Part shown: in pieces, positions 35,909 through 49,480 of the stretch
Layout: the number at the start of each line of letters is the position of its first letter
Position numbering within the stretch: the stretch's first letter is position 1
Translations under genes and position numbers: made by a program
The notes under the pieces: model-generated
The model's input: the letters and a program-made list of their open reading frames with translations, nothing else
The model's database searches: none
Told to the model about the DNA's origin: nothing
DNA from: Chiloscyllium plagiosum
Taxonomy: Eukaryota
Assembly (NCBI RefSeq): GCF_004010195.1
Contig: NC_057711.1
Location: forward strand, 70,787,018-70,851,017
DNA length: 64,000 nt
Reading direction: 5' to 3'

Positions 35909-38900
35909 ATTTAGAGTGAACCTGTTACACACTGGTAACAGTGGGTGTATTCCCAAGTTTACCAATGCCAGGGAAAGGTATTTAAATGGGCAAGGATCTG
36001 GCCAACATCATCACACTGCAAACAAACTTTTTAAAAACTCTGCTGCCCATTGGACTCACCAGAGCACAGTCTTGCGTACATCACCACTCTTCAGTTATTT
36101 TCCAGTTGAAAATAGAAATTAACTTACCAAGGCCAATATCACCAGATGGTTTGAAAGACAATCATCAGCATGATATTGCATTACAGGACAAAAGTTTAAA
36201 ACTGTTGGCCAAGAAAATAAAGACTTTTTTTTTTCCACTCTGCTCAGCAAGTTTTCCTGGTAGAGTTACAGTTTATTTATATTTTCTTTTGTATTTTTCC
36301 CTTCCTTTACTGAAGGATTTTGACAGCTACAAAGATTACTTCCTTGGCATTTTATGGGCTGTGCTCCCCTGGGACATTATAGCCTAATATTCCTACATAG
36401 CTTCAGGATATCGAGGCCAATTCTAACATTACCACTGGCTAAGTTGAATTAAGTCAAACATCAAAGATTGAAGCCAGGTCCTGCATGGTCTCTTGTGCTC
36501 AGTATTGATCTGGACGTTGTGCTTAGCAACTGCACTATTGGATGCCTCCTGCATTATTGTTTAATTCTGAAATAGCTCTCATTTCCTCTTCTCAATGAAG
36601 CTTATATTTGTGGCCCAGCTATGGCAATTATTTTCCAGGAAGTTTTGTTTTAATTTTTTAATGCTGACTTAAAGTTTTTTTAAAAAAAGATTCCTGTTTG
36701 CTTTTTTTTTGCATTTTATTCTCTTTAATTTTCTTGTGTGTGTATTATTCAAGTTACACGATATCCCAGTTTATTAGAACGTGTCTATTTTTGTTTACAG
36801 ATCCCAATCTGCAGTGCTTGGGTATCCTGAGGCTTGTTTGATTTAATTAAAGGAACATGCTCTTTTGTTTGCACTTAGCCTCCTGTCTGTCCATCTGAAC
36901 ATTATTACATGAGGCCTCTGGACTGTGAATCACAGGTCACCAGCAGCTTCCGTGTTAAATGAATATTTAGCGAGATTGAAAAATGAGAGGCTGTAGCGGT
37001 TTTGTGAAATTTACTTCATCTGTTAGCCAGCTATGTTAACAATTATGTCACATGTTCAGCACATTTACTGGATTAAAGGAGGCCCCTAGGGGATATGGAA
37101 ATGCATTTTCACAGAAATCATCCTTTGCATGCCTTATGTCTATTTTAGTTATTCCAGTCCAAAAGAAACATTTTCAAAGTATGAGCCATGTTTTCTAGAC
37201 GAAAATAATATGTCTGTTGGACTCTGTGAGATTCGAAGTTTTTTTTCCATTGTCATTTTCTACGTAGTCAATATTATAGGATATTTAGCAAGGATAATAG
37301 TGTCTCTATAAATAATCAGGGCAATCTTTTGCTCAACTCAACATTTTAGCATTCCAGAAATCATTATTTTGTCTTGTTACTGCTGGAATTTGAACAGAAT
37401 TGATTCTATGAATGTGAAGTGGATTCTTGGGGTGCAGTGATGCAGAAACATGTGGTTTTAACAAAAGCTGTTGGACACAAAACTTAATTTGATCTGGCAT
37501 TAAGAATTCAAAATAGCTAAATAACATGAAGAAAGAAATGTTCACAGTTCAGACTGGCTCTTCCCCACCATGTGCAAACAGTAATTGTTAAATTACAGCC
37601 CAGCCAGGAATTGAAATCCTCAAGTGAACAATTGCTGTTTAGTTAAGGGTCTCATTCCATTGCTGCTGAGTAGGGAGTTGCCACTTGTTAAACCCAAAAA
37701 GCAAAGTCTTGCTGCTAATGGTGCTCCAGGTGTGAGTGTGTTTGGGGATTGGGGGTAGGGATGCAACATGGAACAGGCTTCCCTCCTTCAAAGGCCGCCA
37801 GAGTCCATGTTGGGAAGGGGGTTCTGCTGAAAGTCAACGCTGTGCCTTTGTCTCCAACTTTCCTTACTCCTACGACATCCATCTTGCTCTCGCCGCTTTA
37901 ATCTCTTTAAATTTTATTTCTACTCTTTTCATTTCCCAAGGGTTCCCCTGAAGACGTCTTTATACTTCTCCAAAATCTCATGCAAACATGTTTTTGAGTC
38001 TGCCATTCTATTAACAATACCCCAATCTAACTTTGATTTCTGAAACCAGGTGCATGGGAATAATGTAGAGTAGTCACTTTTCACCACGTACAGAGAAGCA
38101 TTTTGGCAAACTGGTACATAACCTTCAGTGGCACCACTTGTTCCTTATATGTATATAGTATAATTTTGACAGGCTTCAATCACAGAATCTTTAACTGTTC
38201 TCTACTTATTGATTCAGGAATCAGAGGTGCCGTGGCATCCGAATTCACTTCCATCTTTACTGTTTTCCCCTCTTCAAACAATCTTCAGCTTCACCCTGTG
38301 CTGACAGGATGTTTAACCAAAACTCTGCTGACTCTGGCCTTCGACTTCTCCCTGTCCACCACCTGGCTGGCAGCAGGTACCTTAAACCTTGTCCTCTGAC
38401 TCATCTCCTTTAGACATATCTTCTCACGTCTGAGTTGTATTTGGCAATTTCAGGCAATATGGCTCACTCGCCTACACCTACAGCACTACACTTCTCGAGT
38501 CTAACATTTTAGCAATGACTCCTTGTGGCCACTCTTGCCACATTAGTGGCATTCTACGCATGGCACCACACTCTGCTAGGTTTCCACTGCTCTATATACC
38601 TAGGTCTTGTCACTCAACTACATTGCTTTGCTGCAGCAAACTCTGCTAAGGTAGCAATTTCAAAAGCTGTCTTTAAATCCAGGTCTGTCCTATTTAGTAG
38701 CTTCCATAGGATGGCTTCGTATCAGAGGCCCCAAACCAAGCAGTCCCTGCAAGGCATCTTGGAGGAAACCTCTGAATTCACGATGTACTGCTAACGTCTT
38801 TAAGTTGACCAGAAATTGGACTGTTGCTTGCTGCTACCCACCCCAATCCCTGACAGCACTATGCCTGCCTATCCTCTGCACTGTCTACTCACTCACTTGG

Positions 38901-41814
38901 GATAACTACAACTCTCTATTTGCAACAAAAATAACAGCTGTACCATCAACTTTCATCTCCCTCAATTCCTGCATTTCTCTCAACTTAGGAGAAGAAAAGC
39001 TCCCAGTAGAGTAGAAAGATGGATGGTGAGGCTGAATAAACATTCAACCCTTTGTGAATAGAACCTTGACTATGACTACCCCAAGCAGCTGAATGACCAT
39101 ATTCAAGCCTGTGGACTGTACCAGAGATTACTTTTTATTCACTGGACCACGAGTCCCAGAGCCCCTTACTTGACTGAGGACAGATGACGAGCTTCCTGCC
39201 TTTGTGGATGTAAGGCAAGAAAGAAGTACTGGGTATATCTCTAGTTGAGGGGCAAGGTACAAAAAATACAAAGCAAGGATGCTGTGAGAATCCAGGTTGG
39301 CTCAGACTGAGAGACCATGCAAACATCCTGGAGAAACATATTGTATGTGGATCAGAGATGTACCTGAGCATTTTTTAGAGGCTGGGACATGCTGAATGTC
39401 ATTAGGTGTGGATATGGTGTATACTCAGTCAGTGTCCAATGAACCTGCCTGAGTCCAACTTAAAAGACCTCTGAAGCAAAGGTTGATCTGAAATTTCCAG
39501 GTACACATGTTGATTTCCACATCGAGAATTCTCAGCATCTAGTTTGCTCATGGTCAGTGGTAGGATAGGAAGCTGCTTATTAATGAGGGAAGATATGGAG
39601 TTAATAAGGCCATAGCAAGCAGAAATCTCCCTTTGTAGGCACCTCACTACTGCACTCTCAGCTCAACAACCTTGAACTTAGTTAAAAGATGCAGTAGGTT
39701 TTTCCTAAGTCAATACAGGTCTCATTGGACATCTCGTGTGCTTCTACCGCATTTCTGACCATACTCTGTGCCATTCGAACTGTTATTAGATTCCAACCAT
39801 GAAGTCTATCTTCTTTTAGCAATTTACCATTTATAAACTTCCTTTTATCTTTTTTTTGTTATCTTTATTCAGTATTTTGTTATTTGATCAGAGGCACAAT
39901 CCTTGCCTAATGTTATATTTAGGTATTTTTACATCTCTGAGTGACATGGTGCTGTGAACCATATTGAAACTATTTTTCATTTAAGAACATTTTGTGGGAG
40001 GGGAGAAGGGAAAAGGGGATCCTACATTTTAATTACAGGACGTATTAAGTTCAGATCATGCTACATCACATCTAAGATTAGAACCAGTTTTATCAAATTA
40101 TTTCCTATTTACTCCTCTTCTATTAAAATGCAACCCCAAACACATCTGAAGCGTAAAGAATCTTGATGTTGATATGTAATATTCAACTCTTGGACTATTT
40201 TTAATCTCAGTCAGACTGAAATGGATCCCGTTTAGAGAGGACCAGCAGATTTTAAACTCCAAAGAACTGTTGTTAAAAAAATCATTTCTGTTTAATGTTT
40301 TCTGTTATCTGTTGTCTTAATTTGAAGTAGCAAATGAATTATTAAATAGAGTTTGGTACAGAGATGTGCAAAATCTGATAATTTTTTCATTATTTTACAG
40401 AATTCTGGCTGAAGTGCAATATTGTTGACAAACTAGTTACGTGACTACATTATGGTATTTGCTGTTTGAAGCCTTGTAATGCAGCATGTCTGCCTGTTAC
40501 ATCTGATACCTTTAAAAATAGAGTGTTTGGTCACCATAGGGGATAATGACTTGGGAAAGATTAACTTGCCATGCATAAGGAAAGCTCAGTTTGTCATTTT
40601 GAATGAGCAATTTAAAGAATTTTATTATTCACAAACATCTCTGTCTATTATAAGAAGTGAAGTATTAATGATCCTTGTTCTGCTCTGGCAATTTGAAAAT
40701 AGTTACCACATGTCCTGGTTTATATAATGTAATTCTTGTGTTTTTATGACAACTGTCTACTTGCTTTGAAGATGACTGGTTTCAATTTTGTAATATGCAT
40801 CCAACAACTTTGAGAGCTATTTTATGAAAATGCCCCCAAACGATACAGTCTGTGGCATATTTTCTTAAACCATGTATGCATGTGGTACATCAGGAAAAGG
40901 CATGCAAATCTAAAATATGAAAGAATAAGTTGTATTGTTAAGCGTTCTTCATATCTTTATCCAACAACAGCAGCTGTTTTTCTTTTCCTTTCTGAGCAGG
41001 GCTTAGGTTATTCAACTGTGATTCCTGGCTTTCTGTCAAAACAACTAGGAATAACACACCTGTCAGCACTTGGCAAACTATAGCAATATAATTATTTTAA
41101 TTTTTCTAGCATATTTACCAGTGTATATTATTTGATGAATTTCCTATTCGCTGTCTGTTCCCAGCTGGCTCATTACAAGCAAATGCTCTCAAGCAGCAGC
41201 TGAGCTGGGATTTGAGTTTTACTTACTATGTTTCTTTGTCACTATAGAAATCATGCTGTTCTTTAAGTGGTGTGATCCACTTTGAGGTGGCTTTCATGTG
41301 AATCATCTGTTTGGATGCCAGGCAATTGTTTAATTCATGAACAGGCTATGTTTTATTCCCTCTTATTGGCCAATCTGAGTCTTTGTTCTGAACTTCAGCA
41401 TTTCTCTAAAAGTTATATAATTTCCATGTAAAGACTAAACTTCCATTAGCCAATTTTCCCTTTCCTCTCAAATGGATTATATGTTTTTAAAAAAGCCCAG
41501 ATTTTTTGCAGTTATGGTTTACAATTCATTAGCTGCAGAGAACCTGGACACTGTCAGCAAATGCTCCATTAGTTGTCATAAAAATTGCTGGAATAACACA
41601 GACTATTGGTTGTGATTGAATCCCAAAGATAGGAATAAAGTTTGAAGAGACAAATTTGCTTTTGCTTTCAATAAAGGCAAAGGTTTGGGAAAGGGATATT
41701 GTAACTTCCTGTGGTGTTTTCCTTACAGTTCTGTTGCTGGCAAATCTTTGACTTTAGGTACACTACAGTAATGTAAATGATCTGCAATTAATGAACAAAT
41801 TAATTAACTTGTCA

Positions 41815-41900
41815 GAGCTTTAAGAGTCATCTAGACTCGAAACATTAACTTGCTCTGTCTCTATGTATGCTGCCTGACCCACTGTGATCTCCAGTTTTCA
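41815..41900 (+). mobile_element. Old PLE pLTR (family E)
   Basis: GAGTC-ATCTA-GACTC-GAAACATT stem II and 3' core, then ATGCTGCCTGACC. Confidence 0.65.
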
Positions 41901-41904
41901 GTAA

Positions 41905-42368
41905 AGAAAGCGCTTTAATTTTTTCAGAACCATACATATCCTCAGGACATTTCAAAATGCTTCACAATCATTGAAATGCTTTTGAAAGAAAGAACACATT
42001 CCCAATGTATTATTCATATTTAATATTTACTTTGTAGTATAATCTCTGTTGATTTATAGACAACACACATGGTACTTCGCAAAGTTTTATGAAATGCAAT
42101 GTAATAAATGTTAATTTGTTTGGTGGTATTGGTTGTCGGTGAAATATTGGTCAAGACAATCCTTTCTCTTTCATCAAGAGTGCCTTTTTAAAAGTCCCTT
42201 CATCACAATTAGCAGACATGATTTTCAGAAAGACAGGCCTTTGACAATGTTGCCCTCCTCTTAGTACTGCACTGTAGTTTCAGATTAGATGTTGGGCATA
42301 GCCCTGGAGTAGTAATACAATCCATTACTTCTTAAATCGCAGGTAAGAGTACTACTGTTGAGTCAAAG
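41905..42368 (-). mobile_element. Deu-domain SINE (SacSINE1/AmnSINE-like), degenerate
   Basis: Recognisable blocks CTCAGGACATTTCAAAATGCTTCACA, AAATATTGGTCAAGACA, GAAAGACAG...TAGTACTGCACTG. Confidence 0.6.
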
Positions 42369-42899
42369 TAATCACTTCACCCTTCATTGTAAATAAGAGG
42401 AAAAACTTTAGAGGTAGTTTACAGTCAGTATTTACTGCACAGTATTGGCAAATGCTTGAGAAAAATAGGACATTGATCTGTCCTGTGAATCAAAGGTTTT
42501 TCATGCTAGGAAGGGCCAACATAGATAGGGACAAAATAAAAATTATATATAGAAAATGGTAAAAATACAGATTAAAGGCTTGTTTTTATCTAAATGCATG
42601 CAGCATTTGTAAATAACATAATGAATTGATAGCAGATGTATAAATAAATGAGTGTGTCATATAGTCATTTTAGGAGTATTTTTGCAAAATGATTGAGTTT
42701 GGAATTGAATATTCAAGGATTTTTTACATTTAGGATGGATAGAAAAAAGAAAGGAGAAGGAATATCTCTGTTAACAAAATAATAAATGACCTCAGTTCAG
42801 AAAATCAATCTATAAAATCAGTTTAGGTATGGATAAGTAAGAGCAAGAAAAAATGACTCACTTGTAAGAGTAGTTGAAAGGTCAGCATTTGATATTCAG

Positions 42900-43470
42900 C
42901 CACCTAAGACAACATTTATGCTGAAGGCTAGAAACTTGATTAAGAGGTAGATTTTTAAGAAACATCTCAAAGAGGAAGCCAAGATAGAGAGGTGAAGAAG
43001 GTTGGGGAGGAAATTCCAGAACTTAGGGTCAAAGCAACAGAAAGCATGGTCACTAACAGTGGAGAAAACACAATCAGGGATGGCCAAGGCCACAGGTATA
43101 CTGGCCATTAGTGTTAGTGAGACCATAGGCAACATGGGCAGGATGACTTCAGAATTGTTACAGTGGAGAAGGAGGCCATGCCTAACATATCAGCCGCAGC
43201 TGTCTGGCCATGTTAAATTACTGTCAAGTTCCTGTCTTTTCTCCATAACCCTGCACAGTTGGTGAACACTTAATTGGAAACAATGTTCTCTTGAATGCCC
43301 CAAGTTTACTGAGTGTAGAATATGGGAGGCCAACGAGGAAAGCATTTAAATAGTCAGATCTAGAGGGAGCTAAGGCATTGATGAAGGTTAAGATGGCAAA
43401 TGCGCTGAGGTAGGGATAGTAAGGAGACGGAAATAGATGTGTTTGGTAATGCCAAAGAGATGTATTCATA
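42900..43470 (-). mobile_element. L2-clade LINE 3' fragment
   Basis: INALAPSRSDYLNAFLVGLPYSTLSKL and PKFWNFLP motifs. Confidence 0.75.
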
Positions 43471-43471
43471 A

Positions 43472-44316
43472 GGCAATCCTCTCAAAGGTAGAAGACAGAG
43501 GGTAGTGCAGGGTAGTTTTTCAGACTGGAGGCCTGTGACCAGTGGAGTGCCACAAGGATCGGTGCTGGGTCCTCTACGTTTTGTCATTTACATAAGTGAT
43601 TTGGATGCGAGCATAAGAGGTACAGTTAGTTAGTTTGCAGATGATATCTAAATTGGAGGTGTCGTGGACAGTGAAGAGGGTTACCTCAGGTTACAACGGA
43701 ATATTGATAAGATGGGCCAATGGGCTGAGAAGTGGCAGATGGAGTTTAATTCAGATAAATGCGAGGTGCTACATTTTGGGAAAGCAAATCTTAGCAGAAC
43801 TTAGATACTTAATGGTAAGGTCTGAGGGAGTGTTGCTGAACAAAGAGACCTTGGAGTGCAGGTTCATAGCTCCTTGAAAGTTGAGTCGCAGGTAGTTAGG
43901 ATAGTGAAGAAGGCATTTGGTATGCTTTCATTTATTGGTCAGAGTATTGAGTACAGGGGTTGGGAGGTCATGTTGCAGCTGTACAGGACATTGGTTAGGC
44001 CACTGTTGGTCCAGAACTAGAGGACATAGGTTTAGGGTGAGACGGGAAAGATATAAAAGAGACCTAAGGGGCAACCTTTTCACGCAGAGGATGGTAAGTG
44101 TATGGAATGAGCTGCTAGAGGAAGTGGTGGAGGCTGGTACAATTGTAACATTTGCGAGGCATTTGGATGGGTATATGAATAGGAAGGGTTTGTAGGGATA
44201 TGGGCTGGGTGCTGGCAGGTGGGACTAGATTGGGTTGGGATATCTAGTTGGCATGGACAGGTTGGACCGAAGGGTCTGCTTCCTTGCTGTACATCTCTAT
44301 GACACTATGACTCTAT
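43472..44316 (+). mobile_element. HER1-like CR1 LINE 3' fragment with internal deletion at ~44010
   Basis: [11 protein letters not shown] and ADD motifs; tail CTCTATGACACTATGACTCTATG. Confidence 0.9.
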
Positions 44317-44539
44317 GTCAGTATCCAATATACAACAAGGTTGCAACAGTTGTTTTCAGCGTCAATTACCAGACAAAGGATAGAGTTGATAAAGGGCAAA
44401 TGAAGATTATAATGGGAACTAAATACAACATTTTGATCTTCCCAATATTCAATTGGAGGAAATTGCCATTAATTCCACTCTCAATGTTAATAATTTAACA
44501 ATAGTGAAGAAGTTGAGAGAAGATGTGGTGTTTAATAGA

Positions 44540-45595
44540 AGACAGAGTTGGGAAAAAGGGGCATAAGAGGATGTCACCCCATGAATACTGCAGTGCCATA
44601 GGGATCAGTGCCACAATTATTTACAATATATATTAATGACCTCAATGAGGAGAGTGAATGTACTGTCCTTGAGTTTGCTGATGACACAAAAATAGATGGA
44701 AAGGCAAATAAAGAGGATGACGCAGAGTCTACAGCCGGGTTAAGTGAGATGGGAAAAACATGGCAGATGGATTATAACATGTAAGGACATGGACTTTGGG
44801 TAGAATGAATAGAAGAGCTGAATATTATTTAAATCGAGAAAGTCTGCAGAAAGTTACAGTACACAAGGATTTGAGAGTCCTCATGCACAAATTACAAAAA
44901 GCTTGCACACATGTGCAGGTAATACAGAAGGCAAATAGAATGATGGCATTTATTTCAAAGGGAATGAACTATAAAAATAGGAAGGAGTTGCAAAAAATCT
45001 ATACAAACCACTAGTTAGACTACAGTTGGAATATATGAACAATTTTAGTTCTCTAATCTAAGGAAAGATATATTGACATTGAAGACAGTACAGAGACGTT
45101 TCACGAGTTTGTTCCCAGATATGGAGGGATTCTTATGAGGAGAGGTTGACTAGGTTGGGCTGGTACTCATTTGAGTTTAAAAGAATCAGAGGTGACCTAT
45201 TGAAACATATAAGATTCTTAGAGTGGGGTGGGGAGGGGTGGTACTTGACAGGGTAGATGGAAAAAGACTATCTCCCCTTATGGCAGATTTTAGGAACAGA
45301 GGGCATAATCCCAGAGTAAGGGGGTCAACCAATTAAGACAGAGATGAGAAGGGTTTTTTTTCTCTCAGAGGGTAGTGAATCTGTGACATTCTTTACAGAG
45401 TGGGCTGTAGACACTGTGCAATTAAATATGTTCAAGACTGAGAAATCAGGTGTTTAATTGATAAAGAAAATAAGGGTTATGGAAAAAGGCAGGAATATGG
45501 AGATGAGGGTTATCAGATCAGCCATGATATCATTGGTTGATGGGGCAGACTTAATTGGCTAAATGGTCTAATTCTGCTCCTATGTCTTATGGTCT
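44540..45595 (+). mobile_element. Older CR1-clade LINE 3' fragment
   Basis: YINDL...FADDTKI, KANRMMAFISKG and a 3' UTR. Confidence 0.85.
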
Positions 45596-46019
45596 CAGTC
45601 CAAAAATGGATGCTTAGCTTTTATATGATGTCACCATGGGACAACATTTAAATGAGAAACAGGGTAAAGGGTAAATCCTTAGGAATACCTAGAGGCACAC
45701 CATCCATCCAACCTCATCACATATTCCATTGCTACAGCTTGCAGAAGGAGAAAACAGAGAGTATGAGGAAGACAGATATCTAGAGGCAAACCTCCAATCA
45801 TTTCACAGCTAATAGCTGCAGAAGCTGGGGCACAACGTAGACTCATTGTGCTGCCAAACAGAAATGGAATGATGGGGGCTTCCCAGCTTCCTGGTGATAG
45901 AATTTAATATCGGTCACAGCTACTCAGACATATTGATTTGATGTCAGCAGTAAGTGAAATATGATTGTGTACATAATGATGATTTAAAACCTTATTAGCT
46001 TGACAGTTCCAATTTACTT

Positions 46020-46880
46020 TTTAACTCATTATGGTATGTGGACATCATGGTCCTTGAGAAAGTGGTGATGAGTTGGTTTCTTAAATTGCTGCAGTCCATT
46101 TGGTGTAAGTAGACCCACATTATGCTTAGGGCGGGAGGGAGAGAATTCTAGGATGTTGACCCAGTGACAGTGAAGGAATGGTGATATATTTCAGGATGGT
46201 GAGGAGACTGAAGCAGAGGTTGCAAATGGTGGTGTTGCCATGTATCTGATGACCTTGTCCTTCTAAATGGAAATGGTCATGGGCTTGGAACTTGTTCTCA
46301 ATGGAGTCTTGGTGAATTTCTACAAAGCATTTTGTACATGATACATACTGCTGCTATTGAGTATCGGTGGCAAAGGAAGTGACTTTTGTGGTTTGGTGCT
46401 AATTAAGCAAACTGCTTTGTCCTGGATGGTGTCAAGCTTTTTGGATATTGTTATAACTACATTCCTCAGGTGACTAGGGAACATTCCATCATACTTCTGA
46501 CTTGTGCCTCGTAAGTGTTGTACAGGCTTTGAGGAGTCAGGACAAAAGTACTGCATACTTCTTAGCACTGAACTGCTGTTGTAGCCACAGTATTTATATA
46601 GCTAGACCAGTACAGCGTCTCGTCAATGATAGCCTCTTAGGATATTGACAGTGGGGGATTCAGCAATGGCAATGCCATTGAATGTCAAACGGTGATGGTT
46701 AGATTCTCTGCTGTTGAAGATGGTTATTGCTTGGCACTTGTTTGCCTTTTGTCAGCCCAAACTTGGGCATTGTTCAGGTCTTGTTGCATATGGACATGAA
46801 CTGCTTCAGTATCTGGGAGTCTTGAATGACTCTGGACATTGTCCAATCATCAGAAAATATCCATACTTCTGACCTTATTA
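46020..46880 (-). mobile_element. Old CR1/L2-group LINE 3' fragment
   Basis: KKLDTIQDKAVCLI motif; homologous to 53905-54614. Confidence 0.8.
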
Positions 46881-47319
46881 ATGATATTCACTTTGTGTAA
46901 ATAAACTAGAAGAAACAAAATGGCTTTGTTTTTGAGTTTGACAATTCTTGCATAAGATGTGAATGCAGGGTTATTGTATTGTATTTGAATGGTGCAGTCA
47001 ATTATTAGGGAATGGAGCTCAATGCAGTGGAGTTAATGATGAAAAACAATGGAAGATTAGGTAACTACTGGCTGGCACAGAGACCTTGAAAAAGATCGAT
47101 CAGAATTGGAACTGAGATCATAATGGGCTTGAAGGTGGAGAGAAGCTCAGCACGAAGGACAGGTAAAAGAAAATGGGGAAATATATCGAAGGTCAAGAAG
47201 GGAGTGGATTCCTGGAGTCACAGAGATCAGGGTTGTAAGGTGGGATGCAAGGGGGGTTCTGTTACATATGGTGTTGGAAGGAGCACCTTCCAGACTGGAG
47301 GAAGACCACTTACTGGTCT

Positions 47320-48427
47320 AGAGTCATAGTCATAGACTCATAACGATGTACAGCATGGAAACAGACCCTTCGGTCCAACCCGTCCATGCCAACCAGATAT
47401 CCCAACCCAATCTAGTCCCACTTGCCAGCACCCGGCCCATATCCCTCCAAACCCTTCCTATTCATATACCCATCCAAATGCCTCTTAAATGTTGCAATTG
47501 TACTAGCCTCCACCACTTCCTCTGGCAGCTCATTCCATACACATACCACCATCTGTGTGAAGATGTTGCACCTTAGGTCTCTTTTATATCATTCCCCTTT
47601 CACTCTAACCTATGCCCTCTAGTTCTGGACTCCCCAACCCCAAGAAAAGACTTTGTCTATTTACCCTATCCATGCCCCTCATAATTTTGTAAACCTCTAT
47701 AAGGTCACCCCTCAGCCTCCGACGCTCCAGGGAAAACAGCCCCAGCCTGTTCAACCGATCCCCATAGCTCAAATCCTCCAACCCTAGCAACGTCCTTGTA
47801 TATCTTTTCTGAACCCTTTCAAGTTTCACAACATCTTTCCAATAGGAAGGAGACCAGAATTGCATGCAATATTCCAACAGTGGCCTAACCAATGTCCTGT
47901 ACAGCCACAACATGACCTCCCAACTCCTGTATTCAATACTCTGACCAATAAACAAAAGCATACCAAATGCCTTCTTCACTATCCTATCTACCTATATACC
48001 TACTTTCAAGGAGCTATGAACCTGCACTCCAAGGTCTCTTTGTTCAGCAACACTCCCTCGGACCTTGCCATTAAGTATCTACGTCCTGCTAAGATTAGCT
48101 TTCGCAAAATGCAGCACCTCGCATTTATCTGAATTAAACTCCATCTGCCACTTCTCAGCCCATTGGCCCATCTGGTCAAGATCCTGTTGTAATCTGAGGT
48201 AACCCTCTTCGCTGTCCACTACACCTCCAATTTTGGTGTCATCTGCAAACTTACTAACTGTACCTCTTATGCTCGCATCCAAATCATTTATGTAAATGAC
48301 AAAAAGTAGAGGACCCAGCATCGATCCTTGTGGAACTCCACTGGTCACAGGCCTCCAGTCTGAAAAACTACCCTCCACCACCACCCTCTGTCTTCTACCT
48401 TTGAGTCACTTCTGTATCCAAATGGCG
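47320..48427 (-). mobile_element. HER1-like CR1 LINE 3' fragment
   Basis: SGVPQGSMLGPLLFVIYINDL...KFADDTKIGG; RPLLEYCMQFWSP; tail repeats at 47320-47345. Confidence 0.92.
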
Positions 48428-48949
48428 AGAACAGAGTTTTATAATGAACGAGAAGTGCTTTATCACATGTTAACAGCTAGTTATGTGTTACGTTGATGAG
48501 AGATGTACATTTTTTCAGAAATGAGGAGGAGGCCGGAGATGTTTATTCTCATTCCTGAATATCTTAAGCTGTTCTGCCATTGTCAATATGACAATATCAC
48601 TGTGGGAGCTTTTTAAGGCACTCTCAATATTGTCCTGTTCCTACCCTTATTCATCAACAGGCAAACTCAAGTCCTGGTCTGGACAAAACTGGGAACCTTA
48701 ACAGACATTATATCCCTTAATCTCTATGTGCAAAGAGCTTAATGTCTGCCTTGACCATAGCCAAGAATGTCCTTTTATGTCTTTTCTAATATGGCATGAA
48801 GTGTGTATCTATGTGCAATGTTCATTTTCTTAGCCACTTCCTCAGGCTCAAGGGTGACATGTTTTCACTCAAATTCAATGAGTTCTGAAATGTCTGTTAA
48901 GTCTAAAACTTGAATTTTCGACTCTGCCACATCCAGGGTAGGTGATATT

Positions 48950-49480
48950 TGAAATGTCAGATAAATGAATTGTTTGTTTCCTGCAGTCAATCCTGTGCCT
49001 CATTCTCATTCTGTATGATTCCAACAAAGTCTCTCAATATGTTCTGTGTGTTCCCAAATAAACCTGCTCCATTTTGGTTGATCATGGGAGAGTCTCCCAT
49101 GAATTAGTAAGTGTTTGACCTCTTCCTGACTGCTTTGAGGACATTCCTAAGTATTTCCACTTGCTTCTTGTTTGTGACCAAGTTCCAAGTAGAGTGTTGC
49201 TTCAGGAGTCAGGTGTCAGGCAAGCAAACAATCCAGCAGTGCTGATTTTGAGTGCTTCAATGCTGGGAAAATTAGTTTTGAAGAAGGTGCTGCTGTTGGA
49301 TTGCCTTTTCTTGCCATCAGATTTGGAGAATCTTGTGAAGGGACTACTTGTGGCACTTCTGTAGTGTTTTGGGGTGCCTGCGTTAGGCCACCCAGTATTC
49401 CAAAGCAAGAAACATTGTCTGGTAAACTATGATCTTAGTCTTGCATTTTACATCCTGGTCCTCAAACATTTGTTTTCTCA
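48950..49480 (-). mobile_element. RTE-clade LINE 3' fragment
   Basis: KRQSNSSTFFKTNFPSIEAL and PDS*SNTLLGTW segments fit the RTE ORF C-terminus. Confidence 0.6.

Noticed and set aside
38200..39700. Possible L2 and Harbinger remnants
   Set aside because: Too degenerate to assign from sequence alone
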